A DNA stretch of 64,000 nucleotides from an uncultured Alphaproteobacteria bacterium (GCA_963730645.1 CAVSSN010000012.1:242853-306852); one strand, 5' to 3'. Shown: positions 8,721-22,543, counted from the first letter of the stretch. The notes: generated from the letters alone by a model not told the origin. Program-made: numbers and translations.

Positions 8721-10682
8721 CTACGCGACCTGGAGCGGCGGGACCCACGGCTTGTCGGCCCACGCCACACCTTTGCGCGCGACCTGGACGTCGAGCAGGT
8801 AGGGCTTGCCCTCCACCGTGTGCTGGCGCGCGCGAGCGAGCGCTTCGCGCAGTTGCGCGGGATTCTCCACCACTTCGCCGTCGACGCCGAAACCCTTGGC
8901 GATCGCCGCCATGTTCATGTCGGGGCTGCCGAGATAGTCGTGATAGAATTGCCGCGTCTGCACCATGCGGCCGCTCGGCACGTTGTTGATCACGCGCGAG
9001 TGCGGGCCGCCATAGGCGTGGTTGTTGTAGACCACGACGATGACCGGCAGTTCGAGCCGCGCCATGTTCCACAGCGCCGTCGGGCCGAAGGTGAACGAGC
9101 CGTCGCCGACCATGCAGATGACCTGCTGGTTCGGCCGCGCGAGCTTGACGCCCGCCGACGTGCCGACGCCCGAGCCGAGGTGTGCGCCGTAGTAGAAGAA
9201 CAGCTCGCGGCCGCCGACCGGATTGAAATCGAAACTGTGCAGGTTCACCGAGCCGGCCTCGTGCACGATGATGGCGTCGGGATCGGCGAACTGTGCGATC
9301 TCCCAGGTCAGGCGGTCGGCGATGATCGGCGCCTCGTCCCAGTCCGGGCCATTGACGATTTGCGCGCGGGCGTCCTTCGCCCATTCGCTGAACTTGCGCA
9401 CCTCGACGGCGCGGTCGGTCGCCTTCTGCTTGAGCGAGGCCGTCATCAATTGCCCGACCGCCAGGATCAGATCGTCGAGCCCGTAGCCGACGTCGGCCAC
9501 CAGCGGGACTTCGGTGAGCATCACGTTGCCCATGCTGTTGAAGTCGATGCGCATGTCGATGAATTTCGGCCCGCGCGGCACCAGCGGCGTCGGGCCGCTA
9601 TGCTGGAACTTGTTGCCGATGTTGATCACCACGTCGGGGTTCTTCGGGAAGGTCAGCTTGCCGAGCGTGTTGCCGGCGAGGTTGCCGACCCAGAGCGGAT
9701 GGTTTTCCGGGAAATTGGCGTAGAGCTGGCGCACCTGCGTCACCGGCATGCCGAGCATTTCGGCGAGCTTGATCGCCTTGGCGGTGGCCTTCGCCTTGTA
9801 GATCTCGTCGCCGACGACCATCAGCGGCATCTTGGCTTCGACCAGAAGCTTCGCGGCGCGCTGCACCTCGTCCGGGTTCGGACCGCACGCGCATGCGCGG
9901 ATCGATCTGCACCTGATCGATGATCTCGGTGCGCACACGTTCGTCGTTGTAGTCGGAATGCCAGGAGATGTAGGCGGGACCGTAAGGCGGCGTCCACGCC
10001 GCCTTGTAGGCGCGTCGCACGGTCTCCGGGATCATGTCGGGGCGTTGCGCCAGCCAGGTGTACTTGGTGATCGGCTGGACCATCTGTTCCTGGTAGGCGA
10101 CCTCCTCGAAGCCGTCGCGTCCGGCGCGGCGCGACTGGTCGGTGCGGTAGGAGTAGAACGACGAGCGGCGTCTGCTCCTTGAACGCGTTGAACATCTGGC
10201 CGATGGCGTTGGCCATGCCGACGACGCCCGCCTGCATGACCATGGCGGGCTCGCCCGAGGCCTTGACGTAGCCGGCAGCCATGGCGGCGCCGGGTCCTTC
10301 GTGCGGCGTGAGGATGTATTTGAGCTGCGGACGATCGACCAGCGCCTCATAGAACTGCGCATCTTCGCTGGCCGAATTGCCGAACACGTATTTCACGCCC
10401 GAGGCGATGAGCTGCTCGGCGAAGCACGCGCCGCCTGGCCCTGGAATGCTTTCACGCCGGCGACGGCGGCGCGGCACTCGCTGCGGCAGGCGCTGCCGGC
10501 GCAGCGGCGGCGGGCGCGGCGGGCGGGGGAGTCGGGCCGGCGCCTTGCGCGTAGCTCACCGAAGTGACCGCGCTGAGCACGGATTGCGCCGCGGTCGCGG
10601 TGAGGCCGGCCTTGGTCAGGCCGCTCACGAAGCCGCGCCGGGAAATGGAATGCGACAGGTATTTGACGACCAGCTCTCTCAT
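8721..10682 (-). pseudogene. thiamine-diphosphate-dependent enzyme (acetolactate synthase / pyruvate oxidase superfamily) with N-terminal twin-arginine signal; three frame interruptions as assembled
   Basis: Tat signal MRELVVKYLSHSISRRGFVSGLTKAGLTATAAQSVLSAVTSVSYA plus a Pro/Ala linker (ORF 10452..10682). Pyr domain ...KYVFGNSASEDAQFYEAL...TPHEGPGAAMAAGY (ORF 9821..10477). Middle part ...FYSYRTDQSRRAGRDGFEEVAYQEQMVQPITKY... (ORF 9598..10362). Central and PP domains with GDGSFTFGPTALWNMARLELPVIVVVYNNHAYGG (ORF 8721..9938). Frames step 2>1>0>2, giving three +1 shifts near 10455, 10160 and 9892. Confidence 0.85.
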
Positions 10683-10710
10683 CGTTCGCTCCCTGAAATC
10701 CGTTGCATCG

Positions 10711-11029
10711 TCACGCTGGACGCACTTGCTCTTTTGCTATTTCGCCGCCAGCCGGCTTCACGTTCGGCCCGAAGTCGGTGCCGAGGTAGTCCGCCATCAA
10801 CTTGACCTCGTCCGGCGTCCACAAACCGCCGCGGCCGATCATGCGATAGATCGTGGCTTCCCAGCCGCGCCGTTCCTGGCGGTGATCGCGGAACATCGCG
10901 TCGGTGTGGCACTGGAAACATTTGCCCATCACCAGCGCGCGGCCCGGAAGCTCCGGTTGCTGCGCCGATGCCGGCGCGGCCAGCGCCAAGCGGCGCACAG
11001 GCCAGCAGAATTTTTGGCCAGATCGTCAT
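10711..11029 (-). pseudogene. small periplasmic monohaem cytochrome c; frame interrupted as assembled
   Basis: ATG at 11029 sits behind GGGGAG and starts MTIWPKILLA.... The mature part ...LALAAPASAQQPELPGRALVMGKCFQCHTDAMFRDH... (CxxCH) lies in ORF 10711..10998. Length 319 = 3n+1, with the shift near 11000. Confidence 0.7.
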
Positions 11030-11215
11030 TGCATCTCCCCCGTTTGGCGTGCGTCGCGCGCGTCGTGCGCTCACGGCCGGATCGATTGAACGGCATGGTA
11101 GTCCAACGCCCGCCTAGGCGCCAGACGAGCGAGCGACTTCGCAGCCGCGCGAAGCGTGCTAACATTGACGAAAATAGGCGAAGATCTGAAGACACGAAAC
11201 AGGAGGAGGCACCCG

Positions 11216-12217
11216 ATGGCCAAGATCGTGCTCGGGCTCGGATCATCCCACACGCCGATGCTGCTCGCGTCCGACGAGACGCTGCCGCTCTTTCTCGAGA
11301 CCGATCAGAAGATCAAGCACCGCGACAAGGAGGGCCGGCCCGCCACCTACGCCGAGCTTCTGGAAAAGGCCGACCCGAAGATGGCCGATATGGTGGCGCC
11401 GGCGCAGCTCGCCGCACGGCAGAACAAGGCGCGCGACGCGACTGCGCGTCTGGGCAAAACGCTCAACAGCGCCAAGACTCGATGCGCTCATCGTTTTGAG
11501 TGACGACCAGGACGAAGCCTATCTGGAAGACGCCCGGCCGACCTTTGCGATCTATTACGGCGATACGATCATCAACAGCAACGAGCAGCACGAGCAATAC
11601 CACCAGCGCTTCCCGGAATGGTACGTGAAGAACCGGCAGGCCTTTTTCGAGGACAACAAGCCGCGCGCCTATCCGGTCGACAGCAAGCTTGCCGTTCATC
11701 TCATCGATTGGCTGATGGACAACGGCTTCGACCCGGCGTCCTCGAAGCGCATGCGCGAGGGCGAAGGCGAAGGCCACGGCATGGCCTATGTGCACCGCCG
11801 CCTGATGGAGGGGAAAAACCCGATCCCCATCGTGCCGGTGTTCCTCAACACCTATTTTGCGCCGAACCAGCCGCGGCCGAAGCGCTGCTATGAATTCGGC
11901 CAAGGCCATCCGCAAAGCGGTCGAGAGCTACGCCGGCGATGCGCGCGTCGGCATCATCGCGTCGGGCGGCTTGAGTCACTTTCTGGTGGACGAGGATTTC
12001 GACCGCGCGATTTTGAAAGCGTGCGCCGACAAGGACGCGACATTTCTGCAGAACCTGCCGCGCAACAAGCTCAATGCCGGCAGCTCGGAAATCCTCAACT
12101 GGGTCGGCATCGCCGGCGCGCTGCGAGCATCTCGACCTGAACTGGTTCGAATACGTGCCCGGCTATCGCACGCCGGCCGGTACCGGTACCGGATTGAGCT
12201 TCGCAAGCTGGGCGTAA
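11216..12217 (+). pseudogene. class III extradiol ring-cleavage dioxygenase (LigB family); three frame interruptions as assembled
   Basis: MAKIVLGLGSSHTPMLL... (ORF 11156..11503), then LDALIVLSDDQDEAYLEDARPTFAIYYGD...GHGMAYVH... (ORF 11496..12140), then [34 protein letters not shown]... (ORF 11857..12234), then EHLDLNWFEYVPGYRTPAGTGTGLSFASWA stop. Frames step 2>0>1>2, with +1 shifts near 11477, 11900 and 12124. Confidence 0.8.
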
Positions 12218-12414
12218 ACATCACGAAATTTTGATCCGATTCATCGCCGGAATTTTCGTTCGGGGCAATTGTGTTTTAGTCCCGGCGAGCCGGCGCAATT
12301 TAGAGTGATTGGCGGCGGCCAATGGCGATTCCTACCTGTGCGTGGCTGGTCACATGTCGTGACCGGGGAGGTCGAATATTGATCTCTTCAAATGCCATTC
12401 GACAGGAGTGTCTC

Positions 12415-12633
12415 ATGCTTCGCTATTCGACGATTATCGCTGCGCTCATTCTTGCCGGCAGCGCCGTTACGGCGTCCGCGGCGTCAAAGACCGCGCACCA
12501 CCGCTATCACGGGCTCTACATGCAAGCGCCCACGCCCGGCCCGACGTACAATCGCGCGCCGCAGTACTACGCGCCGAATATGCAGGACGACTCCATGACG
12601 GATCACGCCAAAGGTTCCGTCAAGGACGACTGA
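12415..12633 (+). CDS. small secreted hypothetical protein (72 aa)
   Basis: AGGAG lies 8 nt upstream of the ATG. Signal peptide MLRYSTIIAALILAGSAVTASA. Followed by a hairpin terminator. Confidence 0.6.
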   Translation: MLRYSTIIAALILAGSAVTASAASKTAHHRYHGLYMQAPTPGPTYNRAPQYYAPNMQDDSMTDHAKGSVKDD

Positions 12634-12654
12634 TCGCATTCAGGTTTCCGGCAG

Positions 12655-12694
12655 ACAAACGGGTCCCGGTCACGATCGGGGCCCGTTTGTTGCG
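12655..12694 (+). terminator. putative intrinsic terminator
   Basis: ACAAACGGGTCCC-N10-GGGGCCCGTTTGT stem (1 mismatch) followed by TGTTG. Confidence 0.5.
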
Positions 12695-12728
12695 ATGTGT
12701 CGCCGGACGATGTTACCGCGTTGGCCCG

Positions 12729-13613
12729 TTACGGCGCGAAGCCGTAAAGCCGCGCCGGGTTGTCGACCAGAATGCGCTGTCGCGTCGCCGCGTCCGGCGT
12801 CCAGTCATGGAACAGCTCGTAGAGATGCCCGACATCCGGCATCTCGGCTTCCATGCGCGGATGCGGCCAGTCGCCGCCCCAGACCAGACGCTCCGGATTC
12901 TCCGCGACCAGCGCCTGATGGAACGCGCGCACTTCGGGATAATCCGGCGCGTTGTCGCTCAATCGGTGCGCGCCCGAGACCTTGACCCAGCAGCCGCCCT
13001 GGCCGAGCAGGCGCAGCATGCTCTGGAAACCCGCCGTGCCGATGCCGGCGCGCGCGTCGGTGCGGCCCATGTGGTCGATCATGATGGGCAGGCCGATCGA
13101 TTGCACGATCGGGATCGTCTCCGGCAAATCCTTGACGTCGATCCAGAGCTGCAGGTGCCAGCCGAGTTCTTTCATGGCCGGCGCATGCACGCGCGCGGCT
13201 TCGAGCGGAACGCCGCCGCGATAGTGCAATTGTCCGCCGCGGAAGAAATGATTGAAGCGCAGGCCGCGCACGCCGAGCGCATGCCAGCGACGCAATTCCG
13301 CGGCCGGGACATCGGCATCCGCCACCGCAACGCCGCGCAGCCGCGCCGGCGTGCGCGCGAGCGCGTCGAGCATCGCGGAATTGTCGTTGCCGTGGGCGCT
13401 GCCCTGCACCAGCACGCCGCGATCGAAGCCGACGGTGTCGAGCATGCGCAGATATTTTTCCAGCGGCGCGTCCGGCGGCGTGTAGCTGCGATCCTCCGCG
13501 TAGGGAAATTTCGACGCCGGGCCGAACACGTGCGCATGCGTGTCGCACGCGTTGCGCGGCGGCGGAAATTTCGGCCGCGTCGGCTCGCGCGGCGGCGGGC
13601 AGCCGGGGATCAT
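12729..13613 (-). CDS. amidohydrolase-2 family protein, LigI (2-pyrone-4,6-dicarboxylate lactonase)-like paralog
   Basis: ORF 12729..13721 trimmed to MIPGCPPPREPTRPKFPPPRNACDTHAHVFGP.... Also ...VQGSAHGNDNSAMLDAL..., ...MIDHMGR... and ...VWGGDWPHP.... Confidence 0.8.
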   Translation of the reverse strand: MIPGCPPPREPTRPKFPPPRNACDTHAHVFGPASKFPYAEDRSYTPPDAPLEKYLRMLDTVGFDRGVLVQGSAHGNDNSAMLDALARTPARLRGVAVADADVPAAELRRWHALGVRGLRFNHFFRGGQLHYRGGVPLEAARVHAPAMKELGWHLQLWIDVKDLPETIPIVQSIGLPIMIDHMGRTDARAGIGTAGFQSMLRLLGQGGCWVKVSGAHRLSDNAPDYPEVRAFHQALVAENPERLVWGGDWPHPRMEAEMPDVGHLYELFHDWTPDAATRQRILVDNPARLYGFAP

Positions 13614-13620
13614 GGCGGCA

Positions 13621-13735
13621 CTCCCTCCCCCCTTGCGGGGGAGGGTGGGGGGGGGGTCGGAGGTGAAGGAAGCGCGTCGACGATTGCGTATCACCTCGCG
13701 ACCCCCCCCTGCCCCCCCCACAAGGGGGAGGGGAA
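13621..13735. repeat. REP/MITE-like element, family D relative (CTCCCTCCCCCCTTGCGGGGGAGGG ... CCCCACAAGGGGGAGGGG)
   Basis: Palindromic G/C-run hairpins at both ends. Confidence 0.7.
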
Positions 13736-13739
13736 TAGC

Positions 13740-14709
13740 TCACTGCGGCTGGATGCCGGCGGCCTTGAGCACCGGGCCCCACTTCTCGTACTCGTCGTGA
13801 ATGAGCTTGGCGAACTCGTCCGGCGTCGAGCCGATCGGCGATGCGCCGAGCTGGAGCATGCGCTCCTTCACGTTCGGCAGCTTCGCGACTTCGGCGCAAT
13901 CCTTGGCGAGCTTGTCCTTCACCGCAGCCGGAATGTGCGCGGGCGCAAGAAAGCCCCACCACACGCCGGTGTCGTAGCCCGGCAGCGTCTCGGCGATGCT
14001 CGGCACATCCGGCAGCACCGGCGAGCGCGCCGCGGTCGTCACGCCGAGCGGGCGCACCGCGCCGGCTTTGACCTGCGCGATCGATTCCGGAATGTTGTTG
14101 ATCGACATCGGAATGTGGCCGCCGAGCAGATCGTTGAGCGTCGGCGCGCCGCCTTTGTAGGGCACCGGCGTGATGTCGACCTTGGCCATGTACTTGAGCA
14201 GTTCGCCGGCGAGATGCGGCGAGGTGCCGTTGCCGGGATGGCCGTACGACAGTTTGCCGGGCGCCGCGCGCGCCGCATCGATCACGTCCTTGACCGACTT
14301 GTACGGCGAGTCGGCGCGCACCAGCAGCATGTTCGGCGAAGTGCCGATCAGCGAGATCGGCGTGAAATCGTTGAACGGGTCGTACGGCAGCTTGGCGTAG
14401 AAATGGCCGTTGAGCGCGTGGCCGGTGGCGACGACGATCAGCGTGTAGCCATCGGGCGGCGACTTCGCCAGCGCTTCCTCGGCGATGATGCCGCCGGCGC
14501 CCGGCTTGTTCTCGATCACGATCGACTGGCCCCAGCGCTTCGACAATTCGTCGCCGAGCGTGCGCGCCACGATGTCGACCGCGCCGCCGGGCGGATAGGG
14601 CACGAGGATGCGGACGGAGCTGGGAGGGGTAGGCGTCCTGGGCGAGCGCATCGGCAGCGCCGAGTACCGTGAACGCGGCGGCGACGCAGATCCGAATCCA
14701 GACGATCAT
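13740..14709 (-). pseudogene. Bug/TctC-family tripartite tricarboxylate transporter substrate-binding protein; frame interrupted as assembled
   Basis: Signal peptide MIVWIRICVAAAFTVLGAADALAQDAYP lies in the frame of ORF 12805..14709. The mature part SSVRILVPYPPGGAVDIVARTLG... lies in ORF 13740..14651. Length is 3n+1, and the extra base fits the run gggg at 14627-14630. Confidence 0.88.
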
Positions 14710-14753
14710 GGATGTCCTCCCAAATTATTGCTGCTGCAGCCGCTCGTTCGACT

Positions 14754-15305
14754 TTAGTGATGCATCGGATGATGAGGCGCGCTATCGCCTGCTCCATAGC
14801 CTCTCAAGCCGCGATATCGCGCAATCTGATCCGGCGACAGCACATTCATCATGGCCAGATGGTATTTCAGGTGCGCCTGGCGCAGACGGCCTTGGGTCAG
14901 TGCGATCGCTTCGGTTGCCGCGCTCAGGCTCGCCGGGGTGATCTCTCGACTCGCGAACTGGCGGTCGAGATTTGTTTCCTGTTCGATCAACCGTTCGCCC
15001 AGCGGCACCGCTTCCGCCTTCATGGCTTCGAACAAGGCCGTGGTGCGCTCGCGCTGGTCAACGTTCAAATCCAGCGCGTCGGCATTCTCCAGGACGTGCA
15101 CGGGACCGGGATACCCGTTGAGCTCGGCAGGAAGCGCAAGGCCCATTCCGCGACCGGCCCGAAGGTCGGCGATCTGTTGTTCCGAAAGCGCCTTCACGGC
15201 GCGCTGATCCAGCCCTGCGTACGGCCGAGGATTCTGTGCCAGCGCGGTCGCAGCGCAGGCCGTGAATGTGACGGCGGCGATGGTGGCGCGGAGCCAGACA
15301 GTCAT
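14754..15305 (-). CDS. periplasmic Spy/CpxP-family (LTxxQ-motif) protein with His-rich C-terminus
   Basis: Signal peptide MTVWLRATIAAVTFTACAATALA, LSEQQ and LSPDQ motifs, tail PHHPMHH. Confidence 0.6.
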   Translation of the reverse strand: MTVWLRATIAAVTFTACAATALAQNPRPYAGLDQRAVKALSEQQIADLRAGRGMGLALPAELNGYPGPVHVLENADALDLNVDQRERTTALFEAMKAEAVPLGERLIEQETNLDRQFASREITPASLSAATEAIALTQGRLRQAHLKYHLAMMNVLSPDQIARYRGLRGYGAGDSAPHHPMHH

Positions 15306-15325
15306 TCGCGTCCTCCCCTATTCTC

Positions 15326-15432
15326 GTCATGCCCGGGCTTGACCCGGGCATCCATGCGGCATTGCCGCACGGACGCGGTGCCGCGCACTCAGCGAAGTGC
15401 AGATGGATTGCCGGGTCAAGCCCGGCAATGAC
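15326..15432. repeat. REP/MITE-like element, family E (GTCATGCCCGGGCTTGACCCGGGCATCCATG ... GGATTGCCGGGTCAAGCCCGGCAATGAC)
   Basis: Terminal hairpins with a GTCAT/ATGAC frame. Confidence 0.8.
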
Positions 15433-15460
15433 GAAAGGAGCGTGAATGCGCGCAGCCGCG

Positions 15461-16417
15461 CTACGCGTGCGCCTTGCGCTGCGGGTCGATGATCTTTTCG
15501 AGCTTGCCGAGCACGTGCATGCAGGGCAGCACCTGGGCGAGGCTGCCGTTCGGCTCGCGCTTTTCCTTGATGGCGGCGATGAACTCGCGGTCTTCGAGCT
15601 CGATGCCGTCCATCGACACGTCGACCTTGGAGACGTCGATCTTGTTGTCCTTGCCGTCGGACAGGTCGTCGTAGAACGCCTTGTAGGTGCCGTTGTCGCA
15701 GATGTAGCGGAAGAACGAGCCGAGCGGCCCGTCGTTGTTGAACGACAGCGACAGCGTCAGCATCGCGCCCGACGGCACGCGCGCGACGATGCCCATGTCC
15801 ATCGCGATGTTGAGCTGCGGATGGATCGGGCCCTGCACGGCGTAGCAATCCGAAATGGTTTCGCCGGCCTGATACTGGAACAGGTCGACGGTGTGCGCGG
15901 CGTGATGCCAGAGCAGGTGATCGGTCCAGCTCCGCGCATTGCCGGCGGCGTTGATGTTCTTCCTTCGGAAGAAATAGGTCTGCACGTCCATCTGCTGGAT
16001 TTTCAGCTCGCCCTTGACGATCTTCTTGTGGACGTACTGGTGGCTGGGATTGAAGCGCCGCACGTGGCCGCCCATGGCGGTGACGCCGGTTTCCTTGGCG
16101 ATCTGCACCAGCTTGTCGGCATCCTCGACCGAATCCGTCACCGGAATTTCGACCAGCACGTGCTTGCCGGCGCGCATCACCTGCTCGCCCTGGCGGAAGT
16201 GCATCTTGGTCGGCGTGGTGAGGATCACCGCGTCGGCGCGCTTGATGCCTTCGGACAGGTCGCCGGTCCAATGCTTGATGCCGTATTTCTTCGCCACCTC
16301 GGCGGTGGAGTCCTGATTGCCGCCGACCAGCGACGTCACCTCGACATCGGGAATGCGCTTGAGCGCGTCGAGATGTTTCTGACCGAAGGCCCCCTGCCCG
16401 GCTACGCAAATTTTCAT
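15461..16417 (-). CDS. ligC: 4-carboxy-2-hydroxymuconate-6-semialdehyde dehydrogenase (Gfo/Idh/MocA family, LigC type)
   Basis: MKICVAGQGAFGQKHLDAL...FNPSHQYVHKKIVKGELKIQQMDVQTYFFRRKNINAAGNARSWTDHLLWHHAAHTVDLF... closely matches my recollection of Sphingobium LigC. Adjacent to ligAB. Confidence 0.85.
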   Translation of the reverse strand: MKICVAGQGAFGQKHLDALKRIPDVEVTSLVGGNQDSTAEVAKKYGIKHWTGDLSEGIKRADAVILTTPTKMHFRQGEQVMRAGKHVLVEIPVTDSVEDADKLVQIAKETGVTAMGGHVRRFNPSHQYVHKKIVKGELKIQQMDVQTYFFRRKNINAAGNARSWTDHLLWHHAAHTVDLFQYQAGETISDCYAVQGPIHPQLNIAMDMGIVARVPSGAMLTLSLSFNNDGPLGSFFRYICDNGTYKAFYDDLSDGKDNKIDVSKVDVSMDGIELEDREFIAAIKEKREPNGSLAQVLPCMHVLGKLEKIIDPQRKAHA

Positions 16418-16444
16418 TGCTTACCTCCAAATGTCATGGACTTC

Positions 16445-16523
16445 GTCATTGCGAGCGCAGCGAAGCAATCCAGCGCAGCGGCGAGAGGCTGGATTGCTTC
16501 GTCGCTGCGCTCCTCGCAATGAC
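16445..16523. repeat. REP/MITE-like element, family F (GTCATTGCGAGCGCAGCGAAGCAATCCAG ... CTGGATTGCTTCGTCGCTGCGCTCCTCGCAATGAC)
   Basis: Long imperfect palindrome with a GTCATTGC/GCAATGAC frame. Confidence 0.8.
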
Positions 16524-16528
16524 ACGGC

Positions 16529-17953
<1,425 letters not shown>

Positions 17954-17992
17954 ATATAGCGCAGCGGATGCTTGGCAACGTAAGCTCGTGCC

Positions 17993-18092
17993 GTCATTCC
18001 GGGGCCGAGCGCAGCGAGGAGCCCGGAATCCATAGCCACAGGTCAGCGAATATGGATTCCGGGCTCGCCCCTTCGGGGCGCCCCGGAATGAC
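17993..18092. repeat. REP/MITE-like element, family B
   Basis: GTCATTCCGGGGCCGAGCGCAGCGAGGAGCCCGGAATCCATAGCCACA...ATGGATTCCGGGCTCGCCCCTTCGGGGCGCCCCGGAATGAC. Confidence 0.85.
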
Positions 18093-18105
18093 AAGTCGAA
18101 TTAGA

Positions 18106-19022
<917 letters not shown>

Positions 19023-19040
19023 TCAAATCCGGCTGGCCCG

Positions 19041-19577
19041 TCAAACCAGCGAACGCAGCGCGCCGACGGGGGCGGCTCTGCCGACGCGGTATTGCAGCCA
19101 CACCAGCACGAAGCCGAATACCGGAATGAGAAGGTCCGTGTAGAAGATCACGCCGGCGTTGCCGGGAGCGAAATTGTGGGCGGTCACCATCTGATAGACG
19201 TGGCCGCCAGCCGCGCCCCACAGGAACAGCGCCGGACCGACAACCGCAGCGAGGCGTAGATCGAAACCGCGCCAGCAGGCCAAAAAGCCGACGACCGCGA
19301 AGCCGAGACTGGCGAACCCGACTTCGGCCTGAAACGGACTGTCCGCCCAGCCGATCATCCGCGCCGCCACCGCGCCGAAGAACGTGTGGACGACGAAATT
19401 GTAGAGAAAGCTGAAGCCGACCGAGAACAGCAGAAAATAGAAAAACAGCGCCTCGATGATCACGGGCGCGGTCAGCGGCTTCGGCGCGCGCAAGAGCGAG
19501 ATCGCCGTTGCGAGAAACCCGATCACCAGAAATGTCAGGGTGAAGTTGCCGAGAATGAAGCGGATCGCGCTTTCCAT
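19041..19577 (-). CDS. hypothetical integral membrane protein (about 5 TM segments)
   Basis: 178-aa hydrophobic ORF MESAIRFILGNFTLTFLVIGFLATAISLL.... No family recognised. Confidence 0.6.
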   Translation of the reverse strand: MESAIRFILGNFTLTFLVIGFLATAISLLRAPKPLTAPVIIEALFFYFLLFSVGFSFLYNFVVHTFFGAVAARMIGWADSPFQAEVGFASLGFAVVGFLACWRGFDLRLAAVVGPALFLWGAAGGHVYQMVTAHNFAPGNAGVIFYTDLLIPVFGFVLVWLQYRVGRAAPVGALRSLV

Positions 19578-19598
19578 CGATTGACCTTCGACAGGGAC

Positions 19599-20804
<1,206 letters not shown>

Positions 20805-20815
20805 GGTGATTGATC

Positions 20816-21594
20816 CTAATTGGCCGCGCCATGCGCGCGGGCGGTGCGCGCGTGGAGTTCGCGCAAGGTTTCGAGTTCTGTGTGCGGTCGGCGGCGGCGT
20901 CTCCGCAACCTTCGCTGGCGTAGCGCACCGGCCAGCCGGTCGCCTCCGCGATCTGCTCGCGCGTGACGCCCGGATGGATGCTGACCACGGTCATTTCCCT
21001 GGTCTCGGGATCGGGCTCCAGCACGCAGAGGTCCGTCATCAATTTCGTCGGCCCCTTGGTCTTGAGGCCGAGCCGCGCGCGATTGTCGCCGCCGGTGCCG
21101 TGGCCGAACGAGGTGATGAAATCGAGCTTCGGCGCAAAGCTGCGTTTGCTCTGCGCCATGATGATGAAGATTTCCGCGCACGAGGACGAAATCTCCGGCG
21201 CGCCGCCGCCGCCCGGCAGCCGCACCTTCGGCTTGTCGTAGGCGCCGACCACCGTGGTGTTGAGGTTGGCGAACTTGTCGATCTGCGCGCCGCCGATGAA
21301 GCCGACCGAAATGCGCCCGCCCTGCAGCCAGTAACGGAACATCTCCGGCACCGACACCGTCGTCAGCGCGGTCTCGCACAATTCGCTGTCGCCGATCGAG
21401 AGCGGCAGCACGTCCGGCTTGGTGGCGAGCGTGCCGGATTCGTAGATCAGCGTGATGCCGGGCGCGTGCGTGAGCCGCGCCAGGTTCGACGCCGCCGACG
21501 GCGCGCCGATGCCGACGAAGCAGATGTCGTCGTTGCGCAGTGCGCGCGCCGCGGTGACGGTCATCATTTCGTTGGGCGTGTAGCTTTGCGCCAT
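20816..21594 (-). pseudogene. pcaJ: 3-oxoadipate CoA-transferase subunit B; two frame interruptions near the 3' end as assembled
   Basis: MAQSYTPNEMMTVTAARALRNDDICFVGIGAPS...SESGT... to ...[10 protein letters not shown] lies in the frame of ORF 19015..21942. [11 protein letters not shown] follows in a second frame, and [20 protein letters not shown] stop in the frame of ORF 20816..22462. Length is 3n+2, with shifts near 20913 and 20880. Confidence 0.85.
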
Positions 21595-21599
21595 GCTCG

Positions 21600-22462
21600 T
21601 CACTCGGCCGCGACTTTGAACGGGCGCACATGCGCGGCGAACACGTCGGGACCCTGCTCCAGCACGTTCGCTTTGATCCACGCGCGGAAAGCTGTCGCGC
21701 TCGCGCGAGATTGCGTCCCAGGATTTGTAGAAGGAATTGTCGCGTTTGTAGTAGCCCTGCGCGTAGGAGGGATACGCGCCGCCCGGCACCACCGCGATGG
21801 CGCCGATTGTCCACGACGGCAGGATCACCGTGTTGAAGCTGCGCTCGCCGAAATCCTCGACCACCTCTTCGACGGTGACCAGCGTGCGCTTCGAGGCCAG
21901 CACCACTTCCTTCTGCACGCCGACGATGCCGTCGAACATCACGTTGCCGGCGCGGTCGGCGCGTCTGCGCGTGGACGATGCCGACGTCGGGCCGCAGCGA
22001 CGGCACCACCGCGAGCGTCTCGCCGCTGAACGGGCACGTCATCGACTTGATGTTCGGATTGACCTTCGGCAGGTCGACGCCGATGTAGCCGCGGAACACG
22101 GCGCACGGCAGCCCCGCGGCGCCGGCCTCGTAGGCGTTGGCCATGGCGGCGTGCGAGTGCTCCTCGATCGCGAGCGGGCTCGGCCAGCCGTTCTCGACCG
22201 CATCGCGGAAGCGGTGCAGCGAGCCGACGCCCGGATTGCCGCCCCAGGAGAACACCACCTTCTCGGCGCAGCCCATGCCGATGAGCTGGTCGTAGATCAG
22301 GTCCGGCGTCATGCGGATCAGCGTGAGCCGCTTGCGGCCCTGGCGGATCACTTCGTGGCCGGCCGCGTGCGGGATGAGATGGGTGAAACCCTCCATCGCC
22401 ACGCTGTCGCCATCGCGGACGGTCGCTTCCACAGCCTCGGCAAGGGAGAGAAAACGCGGCAT
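21600..22462 (-). pseudogene. pcaI: 3-oxoadipate CoA-transferase subunit A; two frame interruptions as assembled
   Basis: MPRFLSLAEAVEATVRDGDSVAMEGFTHLIPHAAGHEVIRQ...GIVHAQ (ORF 20816..22462), then ..VMFDGIVGVQKEVVLASKRTLVTVEEVV...YKSWDAISRERDSF (ORF 19015..21942), then RAWIKANVLEQGPDVFAAHVRPFKVAAE stop (own translation). Shifts near 21965 and 21689. Confidence 0.85.
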
Positions 22463-22543
22463 CAGGGACGCTTCCCGAACGTCTGCCGGGTTATTTAGGG
22501 GCCATGCGCGGGGCGGTCAAATGTCCGTTCCGACCTTCAATTC

